From a virus, in IMG/VR virus record IMGVR_UViG_2895663684_000002: 64,000 bases of DNA. One strand, 5' to 3'. Both the position numbers and the translations under genes were made by a program. Below are positions 9,477 through 18,750 of the stretch, piece by piece; within the stretch, counting starts at the first letter, position 1; every line of letters begins with the position of its first letter. The notes beneath the pieces are model-generated. The model did no database searches, had not been told where the DNA came from, and worked only from the letters and a program-made list of their open reading frames with translations.

Positions 9477-10116
9477 TTTTCTTGTCCTCCTTAAGTTTCC
9501 CAGTTGGTGGCACTTCTTCTAATTGTGCTTCTTCAAAAATTGGAGTTGTAATAAATTTTTCTAGTGTGATTAGATTAGCACTTTCACGTGTTGAATCAAA
9601 AGCCGAATTAATAACATCATTATAAAGTAATCCAACCGCCACAAATGCTGCACTTACATCTTTAATTTCGGTTTCCTCTTCGGCTGTAGTATATTCAGAA
9701 TCAACTGTATTCGACAACTGAACTTTTGGATACCATACAGCCATCCGCTCGCCACCTTCAATTCTTCCAACAAATCCAAAAGCAAAGTAAGGAAGTTCCT
9801 TAGCTTTACTTGTATTAAATACAACACCTTTTGTAGCGATTAAATCATTCATTTTATCTAATATTTCAATAGGCATACCTACGTGATCTAATGACAATTC
9901 ATGTTTAGTTTGACGTCCAACTCGTCTAAATAATTTACTTGATGCCCATTTTTCTAAAACTGAACCATTTCCTTTAACACCTAATTTAGTAGCAATCGGC
10001 AAACGATAAATTTCTTTATCATAAACTGGCGCACTTGTCGGTGTATCAGGCGTTGTCATGAAATTAATTAAAATATCATCAATTCCCTCAAAATAAAGAA
10101 CTTTGTTACTCATCAA
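9469..10116 (-). CDS. Major tail protein (phi13-like family)
   Basis: 215 aa, YFEGID start, VWYPKVQL motif, upstream of the chaperone. Confidence 0.88.
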   Translation of the reverse strand: MMSNKVLYFEGIDDILINFMTTPDTPTSAPVYDKEIYRLPIATKLGVKGNGSVLEKWASSKLFRRVGRQTKHELSLDHVGMPIEILDKMNDLIATKGVVFNTSKAKELPYFAFGFVGRIEGGERMAVWYPKVQLSNTVDSEYTTAEEETEIKDVSAAFVAVGLLYNDVINSAFDSTRESANLITLEKFITTPIFEEAQLEEVPPTGKLKEDKKNG

Positions 10117-10119
10117 TAA

Positions 10120-10491
10120 TCACCCTTCCATTTCCTTAATAATTTTTTCAGTCATAATATTTTCAATTTGTTTTTGATTTTGTTCCCATGTACTCGCTGC
10201 AAAGTGTTGTGCTTTTTGTTGTTTCGTTCCATTTTCAGCAAACCTCCAATAAAAAGCAGTCCCTTCAAAAGTGACCGTCACTTGTTCATTTTCAAGGGTT
10301 ACCTTGATGTGATCTATCATGTGTTTTTTCTTTAACAATGATTTAGGAATTACAGGAAGTAACTTGGAAACATAAAAATTTGCAGCTTCTTCTAAAGATT
10401 CAAGAGTTACTTTTTTCGATACCTTTGCTAATTCTCCAAGTTTTCCAGACATTTCCTCAAATCCATTCTGATTAGTCGGCATTTTCAACAC
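10120..10491 (-). CDS. HK97 gp10-like tail/neck protein
   Basis: FYWRFAENGT...AQHF motif; neck module position. Confidence 0.75.
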   Translation of the reverse strand: MLKMPTNQNGFEEMSGKLGELAKVSKKVTLESLEEAANFYVSKLLPVIPKSLLKKKHMIDHIKVTLENEQVTVTFEGTAFYWRFAENGTKQQKAQHFAASTWEQNQKQIENIMTEKIIKEMEG

Positions 10492-10810
10492 ACCTCACAT
10501 TTGTATAAAAATTTGTAATAGTCGCATCATTTTCATCACCTTGGATTGAACCAAACGGACTAAAAGGGATACAATATTCATTTAATATTGAACGTATTGG
10601 TTTCAAATCATTTTCTTTTCCACTGGTAAATAAAGAAATTTGATACAGCGGTAATGACCTAAATATTCGATTACTGGCTCTTTTTTCTGACTCACCAATA
10701 AATGAATAAACAATATAGGGATAAACAGCAGTTGTAGGAGCATAATCCCGATAGACTTTGTAGGGTGTTTTTTTCAGAATAGAAACCAACTCTTTTAAAT
10801 TAATCGACAT
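10472..10810 (-). CDS. Tail completion/terminator protein
   Basis: APTTAVYPYIVY motif; neck module position. Confidence 0.7.
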   Translation of the reverse strand: MSINLKELVSILKKTPYKVYRDYAPTTAVYPYIVYSFIGESEKRASNRIFRSLPLYQISLFTSGKENDLKPIRSILNEYCIPFSPFGSIQGDENDATITNFYTNVRCVENAD

Positions 10811-11129
10811 GTGCCAAGCTCAACTCCATTTCGTGGTCATCTTCATTCCAAAATATACGTGTAATTTGATAAACAACGTCTAAAATTTTAATTCTATTTC
10901 TCGTTTCTGTAATCGAACGATCCATTGATATTTTGATTCGTTTAACAACCTCACGCTTATCTTGTCTCGATTGATATTTTTCAGTTGATGTAATACCCAA
11001 AGAGTTATAAAAAACTACTCTCTTAAATTTATATGCAATAATTGGACGGTCATCTTCATCCACTTCATCATCATTTAAAATTAATAAATCAGCTTTCCAT
11101 TTCTTTTTATTCGTCAGTCTCTTCGGCAT
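10800..11129 (-). CDS. Head closure / head-tail adaptor protein
   Basis: 109 aa, directly after the head-tail connector. Confidence 0.7.
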   Translation of the reverse strand: MPKRLTNKKKWKADLLILNDDEVDEDDRPIIAYKFKRVVFYNSLGITSTEKYQSRQDKREVVKRIKISMDRSITETRNRIKILDVVYQITRIFWNEDDHEMELSLAHVD

Positions 11130-11367
11130 CGTATACCTCCAAAATAAAAAATGGTGTCATTGCATTTAAAGCTTCATCAAGTTCTTTTTCTGCAACTCGA
11201 TAGTCATAAAAAATACCAGCACACATGATAACCAAGTATTCACTTTGTTTACCAGTTGCTTTTTGCACATATTTTTGACCTTGTTCAAGATAAAAAGAAA
11301 GCATAGAATCATCCATGCCTTCTTCAAATTGAATATGGGATTTTAGTTTCTTAACTAAGTTATCCAT
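11107..11367 (-). CDS. Head-tail connector (gp6-like)
   Basis: LKSHI..E..DDSML..YL..A..YV motif; follows the capsid gene. Confidence 0.8.
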   Translation of the reverse strand: MDNLVKKLKSHIQFEEGMDDSMLSFYLEQGQKYVQKATGKQSEYLVIMCAGIFYDYRVAEKELDEALNAMTPFFILEVYDAEETDE

Positions 11368-11369
11368 AA

Positions 11370-12728
11370 TTATTCACCGCCAGATGGTGGCGTTACTTTT
11401 TTAATTTCATATTTGTAAACAGCTGGTTCAAACGGTGAATAAATCAATTGACCATCTAATAAATTGTAGATTTGGAAACCAACTTTATTTGTTCCGCTAA
11501 ATTTCTCAATTAATTTTTGAATTTCCATAGCACCAATGACATCTTGAATTTTAAATGCTGAAAAATCACCAAAGTATAAGATTGGCGTATCTGGTTCGCC
11601 CTTTTTATCTGCTGCATCAGTAAATTCAACTGGATAACCAACTAATGTTCCACCAATACCACTTTCCGCTTGTGTCATAGGACGTAATAATGGGAACCCA
11701 TCGGTTGTTTTCATTTTTTCAATTACAGTTAAAGCAGCACGATTAATGATAAAACGACCTTTTTTCATTACTTCTGTAACTGGTGTGTTTTTGAATTCAA
11801 TCAATGCATCATACATTTTTTGTCCTGCATCTGCAGCTGTTAAATCTACTGCAATTGACGGTGTAAATTCAACTGCTTTTTTAGCTAATGCTCCTGGGTT
11901 TTCATTTCCTGAATCATCACCATTAAACATGTAGTTAATTTCTTTACGCACGTAAGCTTTTTTCAATTCTTCGATTACGATATCTTCAATAGGTGCGCCA
12001 GTCATTTTTAATAATTTTTTTGTAACAGTTGCCAATGCATCAAATTCAGCTGGATCAAGAGCAACTTCATCAAATTCGATATCAGTCTCTTTAATTTCAG
12101 CACCACGTTCTTTTTTATTAACGTTTGCCTCTGCTTTTTTAACTAGGAATGGATACTTAACATCCCCAGCAGTTTTTACAACAGTGCCGTATTTTCGTAA
12201 TAAATTTTCTTCTTGTGCATAGGTAATGATTTCACTAGCAATAATTTCTGGAACAGTTACCGAACCGTTACCAGTTACGATACCAAGTGAACGAGCTTCT
12301 GTTTCATCAATTTGACCCACAACAAATTTTGCAAACGCTGAACGTATTTGTTTATTTTTATTTTCATCTCTTTGATGACCACGAGCATTTAAACCTTCTG
12401 CAATGTTTGCATTAATGCGACTACGTTGTTCAGGCGTTAACATTCCAGAACGATTTTCAGCTGAATCATTTTCATCATCACGTGTTGCATCATCGTTTTC
12501 ATCTGTTGTATTATCTTCGGTAGTCGTGTCTTCATTATCATCAGTAGTATCATCCAAATTAGCAATTTCATCTGCCAATGCTTGAACTTCCTCTACTAAT
12601 GTTGTCACTTCTTCTTCAACTGCTGCAATGTCATCTTCACGAATTTCATTTTTTTCTAATTTAGTACGTAATTCTCCTAGTCGTTTTTCGCTACGAGCTT
12701 TCATTTGTGCTAATAATTTTTTATTCAT
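11370..12728 (-). CDS. Major capsid protein, HK97 fold, with N-terminal delta domain
   Basis: Coiled-coil N-terminus, GSVTVPE, YMFNGD and LYFGDFS motifs. Confidence 0.93.
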   Translation of the reverse strand: MNKKLLAQMKARSEKRLGELRTKLEKNEIREDDIAAVEEEVTTLVEEVQALADEIANLDDTTDDNEDTTTEDNTTDENDDATRDDENDSAENRSGMLTPEQRSRINANIAEGLNARGHQRDENKNKQIRSAFAKFVVGQIDETEARSLGIVTGNGSVTVPEIIASEIITYAQEENLLRKYGTVVKTAGDVKYPFLVKKAEANVNKKERGAEIKETDIEFDEVALDPAEFDALATVTKKLLKMTGAPIEDIVIEELKKAYVRKEINYMFNGDDSGNENPGALAKKAVEFTPSIAVDLTAADAGQKMYDALIEFKNTPVTEVMKKGRFIINRAALTVIEKMKTTDGFPLLRPMTQAESGIGGTLVGYPVEFTDAADKKGEPDTPILYFGDFSAFKIQDVIGAMEIQKLIEKFSGTNKVGFQIYNLLDGQLIYSPFEPAVYKYEIKKVTPPSGGE

Positions 12729-13308
12729 TTGGCAAAACTCCCTTAATTTTTTTTATTAGTTTTAATCGTGTTTCAATTGCATTTTTATCTTGTTTCCCAC
12801 GCATTACTGCCGCTTCTGTATCGTCATAAGCTGGAATCGATACAATCGAAACCTCATATAATTCAACTTCTAAAATGGTTCGCAATACTGGGTCAGAATC
12901 CCAATCAAGTTCTTCTTTTGTAATAAAAAAACCAAAGCTACATTGATTGATGTCACCACGTTCCATCGATTCAACTAAGTCATTGGCATATGAATTATTC
13001 GGAATATCTACTTCAAACTTCAAACCACGTTCATCTTCAAATAGTCTTAACGTTCCAGACTTTGTACGACCAAGAACTTTAGACCAATCGTGATTAAATA
13101 AACAACGGACATCCCCTTGTTCTGATAACGTCTTTGAAAATGCATTGGGTACAATAATTTCGTCAAACCCTTCCCACAAAGTTGTTCGAGAATTGAACAT
13201 GGCAGCATAACCACCTAATGTGATGGAATTAGAACCTTCTTCTAAACTACGTGTTTTCAATTCTGAAATATCAAACGTCCGCATCATCTGTTTTGGCATT
13301 ATTTTCAC
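12721..13308 (-). CDS. HK97-family prohead protease (probable true start 13299)
   Basis: GYAAMFN, LFNHD, SFGF and LYEVSIVSIPAY motifs; GGAGGTG RBS before ATG 13299. Confidence 0.93.
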   Translation of the reverse strand: MKIMPKQMMRTFDISELKTRSLEEGSNSITLGGYAAMFNSRTTLWEGFDEIIVPNAFSKTLSEQGDVRCLFNHDWSKVLGRTKSGTLRLFEDERGLKFEVDIPNNSYANDLVESMERGDINQCSFGFFITKEELDWDSDPVLRTILEVELYEVSIVSIPAYDDTEAAVMRGKQDKNAIETRLKLIKKIKGVLPNE

Positions 13309-14476
13309 CTCCCTTCAACGAATCATCCGTAGCGTTCTTCTCTCCGATTTTCGATAAATCATTTGAGATATAAATCGCTTGTGATTGTGGTGTATTTTGT
13401 TTTGGCAATCCAAGAAACTCATCAGCAACAATATCTGGGCTTGTAATACCAGTTCTAACAATGTTATATGCGATATTTGTTTTAACTGAATAAGGAACAA
13501 AATCAAGGATATTGATTTTCCATTCCACTCGATATCCACTTTTTGGGTCAAAAAAAAGAGCCGAGTAATGCTCGCTCTTGTTTTTTAATATTGGTTTAAT
13601 TGATTTGTTGTGTAGATACATCATCGCTTTTTCAAGGTCACTCTTCATCAATGATTGGTAAGTGTCTACGTTGATTCCTAAAAATTTCCCTAAATCTTTT
13701 TTGTATACTCCCAAATAATTTAATATCACTGCATCATCTACAGGGCTTTTTAAAATGTCAATATTGTATCCTTTACCAAGCGGAATCATCTTGACAGAAT
13801 TAGAATCATCAATGGATTCTAACTGATTCAATATTTTTTTAACTAGTTTTGATTGCGCTCCATTAGACGGGTTTATGTGGGCATCTAGTTTAAGCATAAA
13901 AGCTAGTAAACCACCTTTTGTGTATTTATCCGTCAAAACTTTTTCGGCGCTCATAACGCCTGATAATGTGTTTTTTGCAAGCTGTAAAATACCCACACCT
14001 TGTTGTGCATTTACTCCCATATTTTTTACATGTCGGATCTTATGCCCTGGCACTGCTTGACCATTTATTTTAAAATGTTCAATTAAATTATCATCCAATT
14101 CGGTATAAACGTTTGTGGCTAAATGTAAATTATCACCATCTAAGATTGGAAAATTTTCACCATTAATTAATAGAGCATTTGTTTCCAACTTTGCGAATTC
14201 ATGACCTGTTAAATAATTATTTGGATTCCGCAATATTTTTAATAGAAAATGATTAGGAACTTCGTTGCCATCTGGACCAATTACAACTGGTTCAGCAAGG
14301 GCAACTTGATTTGAAATATCTTGCATCAATTCATAAACATCACTTGATTCCAAAATAGATTCATCGTTAACAATGCGACCACTATATCGAATTGAATTTC
14401 CAAACATATCTTCAAACCAACCACGTTGTTCAACTTTTTTCATTAAATAATTTGAGAAGCTATCTCGTAAACCCAA
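13271..14476 (-). CDS. Portal protein, HK97 family
   Basis: 401 aa, between terL and protease; LRNPNNYLTG..F..L..N.LLINGE motif. Confidence 0.9.
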   Translation of the reverse strand: MGLRDSFSNYLMKKVEQRGWFEDMFGNSIRYSGRIVNDESILESSDVYELMQDISNQVALAEPVVIGPDGNEVPNHFLLKILRNPNNYLTGHEFAKLETNALLINGENFPILDGDNLHLATNVYTELDDNLIEHFKINGQAVPGHKIRHVKNMGVNAQQGVGILQLAKNTLSGVMSAEKVLTDKYTKGGLLAFMLKLDAHINPSNGAQSKLVKKILNQLESIDDSNSVKMIPLGKGYNIDILKSPVDDAVILNYLGVYKKDLGKFLGINVDTYQSLMKSDLEKAMMYLHNKSIKPILKNKSEHYSALFFDPKSGYRVEWKINILDFVPYSVKTNIAYNIVRTGITSPDIVADEFLGLPKQNTPQSQAIYISNDLSKIGEKNATDDSLKGGENNAKTDDADV

Positions 14477-14496
14477 TTAATTTCACCTCCTCCCTA

Positions 14497-14554
14497 AATT
14501 TATTGTTCGGTTATTGACACATTAATTTTTTTGGCCATAATTTATTGTTCGGTT
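14497..14554 (+). promoter_or_regulatory. Putative antisense sigmaA promoter flanked by 16-bp direct repeats
   Basis: TTGACA 14514-14519, 16-bp spacer, CATAAT 14536-14541; AATTTATTGTTCGGTT at 14497-14512 and 14539-14554. Confidence 0.5.
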
Positions 14555-16282
14555 TTACCGATACAATTCATCTAAATAGTCATCCATATTATCTAAATCA
14601 ATATCTTCCATCTGCATCATGGTTTCTTTATGGGCAATTACAAAAGCAATATAGCCATCAATTTTCTTTTCTGATTTATTCTTACTTGCAGCTTTCATCC
14701 CATTAAAATTACGCCCCATAATTACATTCAAGGTACAATAAATAAACAGCGGATTGTCTGTCTTTATCCGTTGCTTATAAAATAATATTTCCGAATCATC
14801 AATTGGTGCATTCACCACATTTGGATATTGTGCAACTGAAAAACAATCAATACCTAAGTTTTCGCATTTATCAATTAAAGTAGCTGCCATCGCTGGATCA
14901 TAATTTATTTGTTGAATGTCGTACAATTCCATACATTCTTTGATGTATTCTAGAACCATATTTTGGTCAATCATTTTCCCATCACATAACATGACAAAAC
15001 CTTTTTCAGCTAATTCACCATACGGAACATTGTCCGCTGCTTCTCGTTCCTCCAAGTTATCATCTGGAATGAAATACATTTGCTTAACTTTTAGAAAAGC
15101 CTTTCCTTCATCGTCAATAACTGGAAAATTTAAATTGACACATGTTAAATCGTTGATTTTTGAAAGGTCCAATCCCATCCAACAAGATTCACCTTCCAAA
15201 TTTCCCAATTCTGCGGTACTTACCAAACATGGTTCCACTTGTTCGTTATCAAAATAATTTTCAGACGAGTTAACAAATACATCTAAATGCTTCGCTAAAA
15301 ACTCACCTTTACTATTACTTGATTTGTTAGCTGAAATAAAAGCACTTTCCAATGCTTCCATAGAAACAGACACGCCAATGTTTGGGTTAACCATTTGCCA
15401 AACGTTACGATCTTCCCAATCATATCCTTTATCTGGTTCATAGATTAAAACCAATTTAGTATCATCGTCATCATTTTTAAGTGTGTCTTTTGCTTCTTTA
15501 TAGATTCGCATACCAACACTTGTTGAACCTTTACCAGCTGTACTAATATTAAACATGATAGGTTCATCACGATTTATCTGTGCAGATTTAAAGTTATCGT
15601 ATTGTTCCATATTTTTTTGAATATGAAGCTCATCATTTAAAACAAAGTGAGGATTTGAACCCTCAATTGATGCGATATTTTTTGACATTACAATGAACTT
15701 ATTTTCATAAGCTATTCCCTCGATGGTGTAACGATAAATCGCACTTGATATTGCGCCTTTTTGGCCTTTAAAAATTTGACTACAGTTATAAAGTGAATCA
15801 TTATTCATTATGGTTTGTGCAAAAGGACTAGCAGCAGCTTGTGCTTGTTCAAAGTTGGAAGCACAACAATAACAATCTGCTCCTTTTTCGCCTTCACCAT
15901 ACATGGCGTAAGCTAAACCACCGATAGCCAGTAATGTTTTACCGTTTTTCTTTGGAACTTGCCAATAGACTTCTCGAATTACACGTACTGCTTTACCATG
16001 TTCATTGTATTTTTGCCAACCATATAGTTGAGAATAACCAAACTTTTGCCAGGGTTCTAAAACTAAATACTCCCCAGCTAAACTTCCTTTGATATGGCGG
16101 ATATAAGATTCCATGAAATCCATTGCTTCATTTGCCTTATCAACATCAAACCAGATATCCTTACGCTTTTTCCATTTCTTATAGCGTTTAACAGCATCTT
16201 TAATTGTTTTAGAGTGTTTCTTAGGATTTTTCGTCACCATTTTTGCATATTGATCCGCATAATTAACGCCACGTTCAATCAC
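14555..16282 (-). CDS. terL: Terminase large subunit
   Basis: Walker A VPKKNGKT, Walker B LNDELH, nuclease GLDLS and KIDG motifs. Confidence 0.95.
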   Translation of the reverse strand: MIERGVNYADQYAKMVTKNPKKHSKTIKDAVKRYKKWKKRKDIWFDVDKANEAMDFMESYIRHIKGSLAGEYLVLEPWQKFGYSQLYGWQKYNEHGKAVRVIREVYWQVPKKNGKTLLAIGGLAYAMYGEGEKGADCYCCASNFEQAQAAASPFAQTIMNNDSLYNCSQIFKGQKGAISSAIYRYTIEGIAYENKFIVMSKNIASIEGSNPHFVLNDELHIQKNMEQYDNFKSAQINRDEPIMFNISTAGKGSTSVGMRIYKEAKDTLKNDDDDTKLVLIYEPDKGYDWEDRNVWQMVNPNIGVSVSMEALESAFISANKSSNSKGEFLAKHLDVFVNSSENYFDNEQVEPCLVSTAELGNLEGESCWMGLDLSKINDLTCVNLNFPVIDDEGKAFLKVKQMYFIPDDNLEEREAADNVPYGELAEKGFVMLCDGKMIDQNMVLEYIKECMELYDIQQINYDPAMAATLIDKCENLGIDCFSVAQYPNVVNAPIDDSEILFYKQRIKTDNPLFIYCTLNVIMGRNFNGMKAASKNKSEKKIDGYIAFVIAHKETMMQMEDIDLDNMDDYLDELYR

Positions 16283-16316
16283 ATAAAACCACCACCTTTT
16301 GTATTTTTGGCATAAT

Positions 16317-16346
16317 AAAAAGGCTAGTCGGAATGACTAACCTTTT
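16317..16346 (-). terminator. Intrinsic terminator closing the moron upstream of terL
   Basis: Minus strand AAAAGGTTAGTC-ATTCC-GACTAGCCTTTT-TATT. Confidence 0.7.
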
Positions 16347-16357
16347 GGTAAATATTA

Positions 16358-16852
16358 TTACAACTCTTTATTTATTAATCTCCACTCTTCTTGAATGTAA
16401 TTTTTCAATGCTGAAATCAATGGTTCTGCCTCTTTTGTTAACGAATATTCAACATCTTGACCATAATTTTCATTTATTTCTGATCTTCTCTTTGAAAAAA
16501 TTTCAAGTTCTTCATTTACTTTTTCTCCTTCTGTATTTTCATAATTAATCCAAATTCCTAATTCATATTTAATAAACAATAACCTTTGGGCAATTTTTAA
16601 TTCTCTCAATCGTTCATCAGTAATATCGGTAGTATTATTACCTTTTATCATTATATTCAAAAATAGACTTTCATATGAGACTTCCCAATATTCCATTATA
16701 ATGGCAATAGTTTTATTCAAGCATTTAATTTTAAATTCTGTTAAACTTTTTAATCTTCTATTCTTTTTCCCCTGTATTAAAATCACTATTATTGAAGCTA
16801 TACTTGTAACTGCTGCAACCGTACTTGTTATCGTAGTTATCATATTATCCAT
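16358..16852 (-). CDS. Moron-encoded hypothetical membrane-anchored protein
   Basis: 164 aa, N-terminal TM followed by a K/R cluster; AT-rich; own RBS, upstream promoter-like AT tract and downstream terminator; sits between terS and terL. Confidence 0.7.
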   Translation of the reverse strand: MDNMITTITSTVAAVTSIASIIVILIQGKKNRRLKSLTEFKIKCLNKTIAIIMEYWEVSYESLFLNIMIKGNNTTDITDERLRELKIAQRLLFIKYELGIWINYENTEGEKVNEELEIFSKRRSEINENYGQDVEYSLTKEAEPLISALKNYIQEEWRLINKEL

Positions 16853-16909
16853 CTTAAACCTCCAATATTTAATAATATAATATTATCAAATATCTAGATA
16901 TATAACAAT

Positions 16910-17353
16910 CTAACCTTTCTTTCCCCATTTTTTACGATGTTCAGCTAATTCATCAACTACTGGTTCTGTTGGCTTCGTAACTTCATCACTTTTTGCTGAC
17001 GACCCACCAATGATTCTTGTCGTTGAAGATGATTTATTGGTAAGACCTAATTTTTCAAGTGCTTTTAATTTCTTGTCACTCCAAACCTCAACTTGTTGAG
17101 CTAGGGGATGTTTTGATTTATTTGTTGCTTTTGCTTTATTTGTATATTTTTGAGTTTCTGGAAAACCTAAGTCACGCCATCTCAAATACATCGTTGTGTA
17201 AATTTCAAAAGTATCCAAATAAGATTCAAGTAATGGGTCCAAAGTGAGGGTATAAATACCAGCTTTATTCATGACATTCAACACACGCTTTTTTTCATCA
17301 TTTACTTTCACATCAACGATTTCCATTAATTCTTTTTGTTTTTTTGTCGCCAA
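16910..17353 (-). CDS. terS: Terminase small subunit (P27-like)
   Basis: HPLAQQV...LEKLGLT motif; downstream of HNH, upstream of terL. Confidence 0.85.
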   Translation of the reverse strand: MATKKQKELMEIVDVKVNDEKKRVLNVMNKAGIYTLTLDPLLESYLDTFEIYTTMYLRWRDLGFPETQKYTNKAKATNKSKHPLAQQVEVWSDKKLKALEKLGLTNKSSSTTRIIGGSSAKSDEVTKPTEPVVDELAEHRKKWGKKG

Positions 17354-17460
17354 ATACCTATACCCCCCTTTTGTTTTTTATTTTTTCGGTCCTACTCAAA
17401 GTTTAACTCCCTCTACCCTATCTCCCGCGAACAAAAATAAAATTATTTTGATAGGGGGGG
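17354..17460. other. Candidate cos/packaging initiation region
   Basis: HNH-terS intergenic region; C6 (17363-17368) and G7 (17454-17460) tracts with nested imperfect inverted repeats around a pyrimidine-rich core. Confidence 0.5.
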
Positions 17461-17928
17461 ATTGATTTGAAAATAGGAAGCAAATACCTTTTTTGTTTTT
17501 TCTTCATTCTCAACAATTGCATGACATTTAGGACAAAGCAACATAATATTATTAACATCAAGCTTCAATGTCGGATTCTTTTTAATAGGAATGATGTGAT
17601 GACAATGTGCAGTCTTACCAAACACAAACTTGTGGCATCGCTGGCACTTACCTTTCTCACGCTCATACACATCAGCTCTAACATCTTGCCAAGCATCTGT
17701 TACATAGAACGATTTGTTCTCATGATGGTAGATGTCCTTGCGCTTCTTAGAACGTCTAGTAACCACATGGTCTAAACAGTAAGCACCTTTCTCAACCTTG
17801 TTTGTACACCCATTAAACTGGCAATACTTCATCGTCATCATCACTGAATAATTGAGAATCAATAAACGAGATAATCTCTTTCTTGGTTTTAATCTCATTA
17901 GGGATTTCCAATTCATTTGCTGCAGCAT
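17443..17928 (-). CDS. HNH endonuclease (packaging accessory, gp74-like); probable true start 17832
   Basis: CQRC, HHIIP, LCPKCH motifs; directly upstream of terS. Confidence 0.9.
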   Translation of the reverse strand: MLQQMNWKSLMRLKPRKRLSRLLILNYSVMMTMKYCQFNGCTNKVEKGAYCLDHVVTRRSKKRKDIYHHENKSFYVTDAWQDVRADVYEREKGKCQRCHKFVFGKTAHCHHIIPIKKNPTLKLDVNNIMLLCPKCHAIVENEEKTKKVFASYFQINPPLSK

Positions 17929-18235
17929 ATTCTTTTAATTGAGCAACCTTCATTGATTCTAAATCTGGACCATTCACTTCATCAACAACCTTACCATTGA
18001 TTGCTGTAAAATCTTTACCAGTTGCCATATCCACATTGATCGTTACATTTGCTTTTAAACCTTTATGAATCATTGTTTCTGGATCAGTTGTAACTTCAAA
18101 ATCTGGCTCGGTACCATGAGGAACAAATCTATTCTTTTTCGCTTCATTGTCCCAATACTCTTTTCCTGTTGCTGACTCTCTAACCAATACGTTCATTTTA
18201 GTATCTCCCTTCAATAGTAAAAGACAACCACCCAA
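17813..18235 (-). CDS. Hypothetical protein with C-terminal HeH/Rho_N-like motif (probable start 18196)
   Basis: LESMKVAQLKEYA...KTKKEII pattern; first gene of the late operon. Confidence 0.65.
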   Translation of the reverse strand: MGGCLLLLKGDTKMNVLVRESATGKEYWDNEAKKNRFVPHGTEPDFEVTTDPETMIHKGLKANVTINVDMATGKDFTAINGKVVDEVNGPDLESMKVAQLKEYAAANELEIPNEIKTKKEIISFIDSQLFSDDDDEVLPV

Positions 18236-18345
18236 ATTGGAGGATTGTCTTTTTATTTTTATGCGCTTTTCTATACTCTTATAATAATCGATAATTACAA
18301 TAGATTCAGCAACCTTAGGGTGAGTATCCTAAAGGTTGCTTTTTT
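18219..18345 (-). promoter_or_regulatory. Late-operon control region with two hairpins
   Basis: Directly downstream of the RinA-like gene; inverted repeat AGCAACCTT...AAGGTTGCT (~18309-18340) and terminator-like AAAAGACAA...TTGTCTTTT (18219-18253). Confidence 0.5.
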
Positions 18346-18738
18346 CTATTTAATCCATTCATCTAGTACATTTATAGTTTTGGATAAATCTGAGTGACGT
18401 CTTTTAATATAGTTATAGCTGTAATTCAATTCATAGGCGATACCTTCTAGTGTCATTCCCTCGATATACTTTTTCCTTAATATCTCTTGGTCAATTCCAT
18501 TAAAGGTATAAACAAGTTTAATTAATGTTTCTCGTTGTTCTTTTTCATATTTTAAATTACTTTCTAATTTAGCAATGACTTCTTCAACCTGAGCGCCTTT
18601 TGATTCTGCAGTAAGTCTGACATGAGATAAGTCTCCACCAGTCCATCTCTTTAGTTCATTTTTTGTTTTATCAATTTGATATTCAAGATATTTTATTCGA
18701 TCTTCAAGTTGTTGGTAATCTTTTAGCCACTCATACAA
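18346..18738 (-). CDS. RinA/ArpU-like late transcriptional activator
   Basis: C-terminal sigma-4-like HTH (ILRKKYIEGMTLEGIAYELNYSY); end of early operon. Confidence 0.8.
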   Translation of the reverse strand: MYEWLKDYQQLEDRIKYLEYQIDKTKNELKRWTGGDLSHVRLTAESKGAQVEEVIAKLESNLKYEKEQRETLIKLVYTFNGIDQEILRKKYIEGMTLEGIAYELNYSYNYIKRRHSDLSKTINVLDEWIK

Positions 18739-18750
18739 TCTCTAATCACC

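Noticed and set aside
9495-9501. GGGAAAC slippery-like heptamer near the end of the major tail protein
   Set aside because: It is phased GGG-AAA-C rather than G-GGA-AAC, and no Ig-like extension frame is evident.
12440-12560. Acidic D/E/T/N repeat in the capsid N-terminus
   Set aside because: Low-complexity linker in the cleavable delta/scaffold domain; no regular nucleotide repeat unit.
17443-17928. HNH nuclease as a homing endonuclease or intron marker
   Set aside because: Short HNH next to terS is the usual packaging accessory; no interrupted gene or intron structure nearby.
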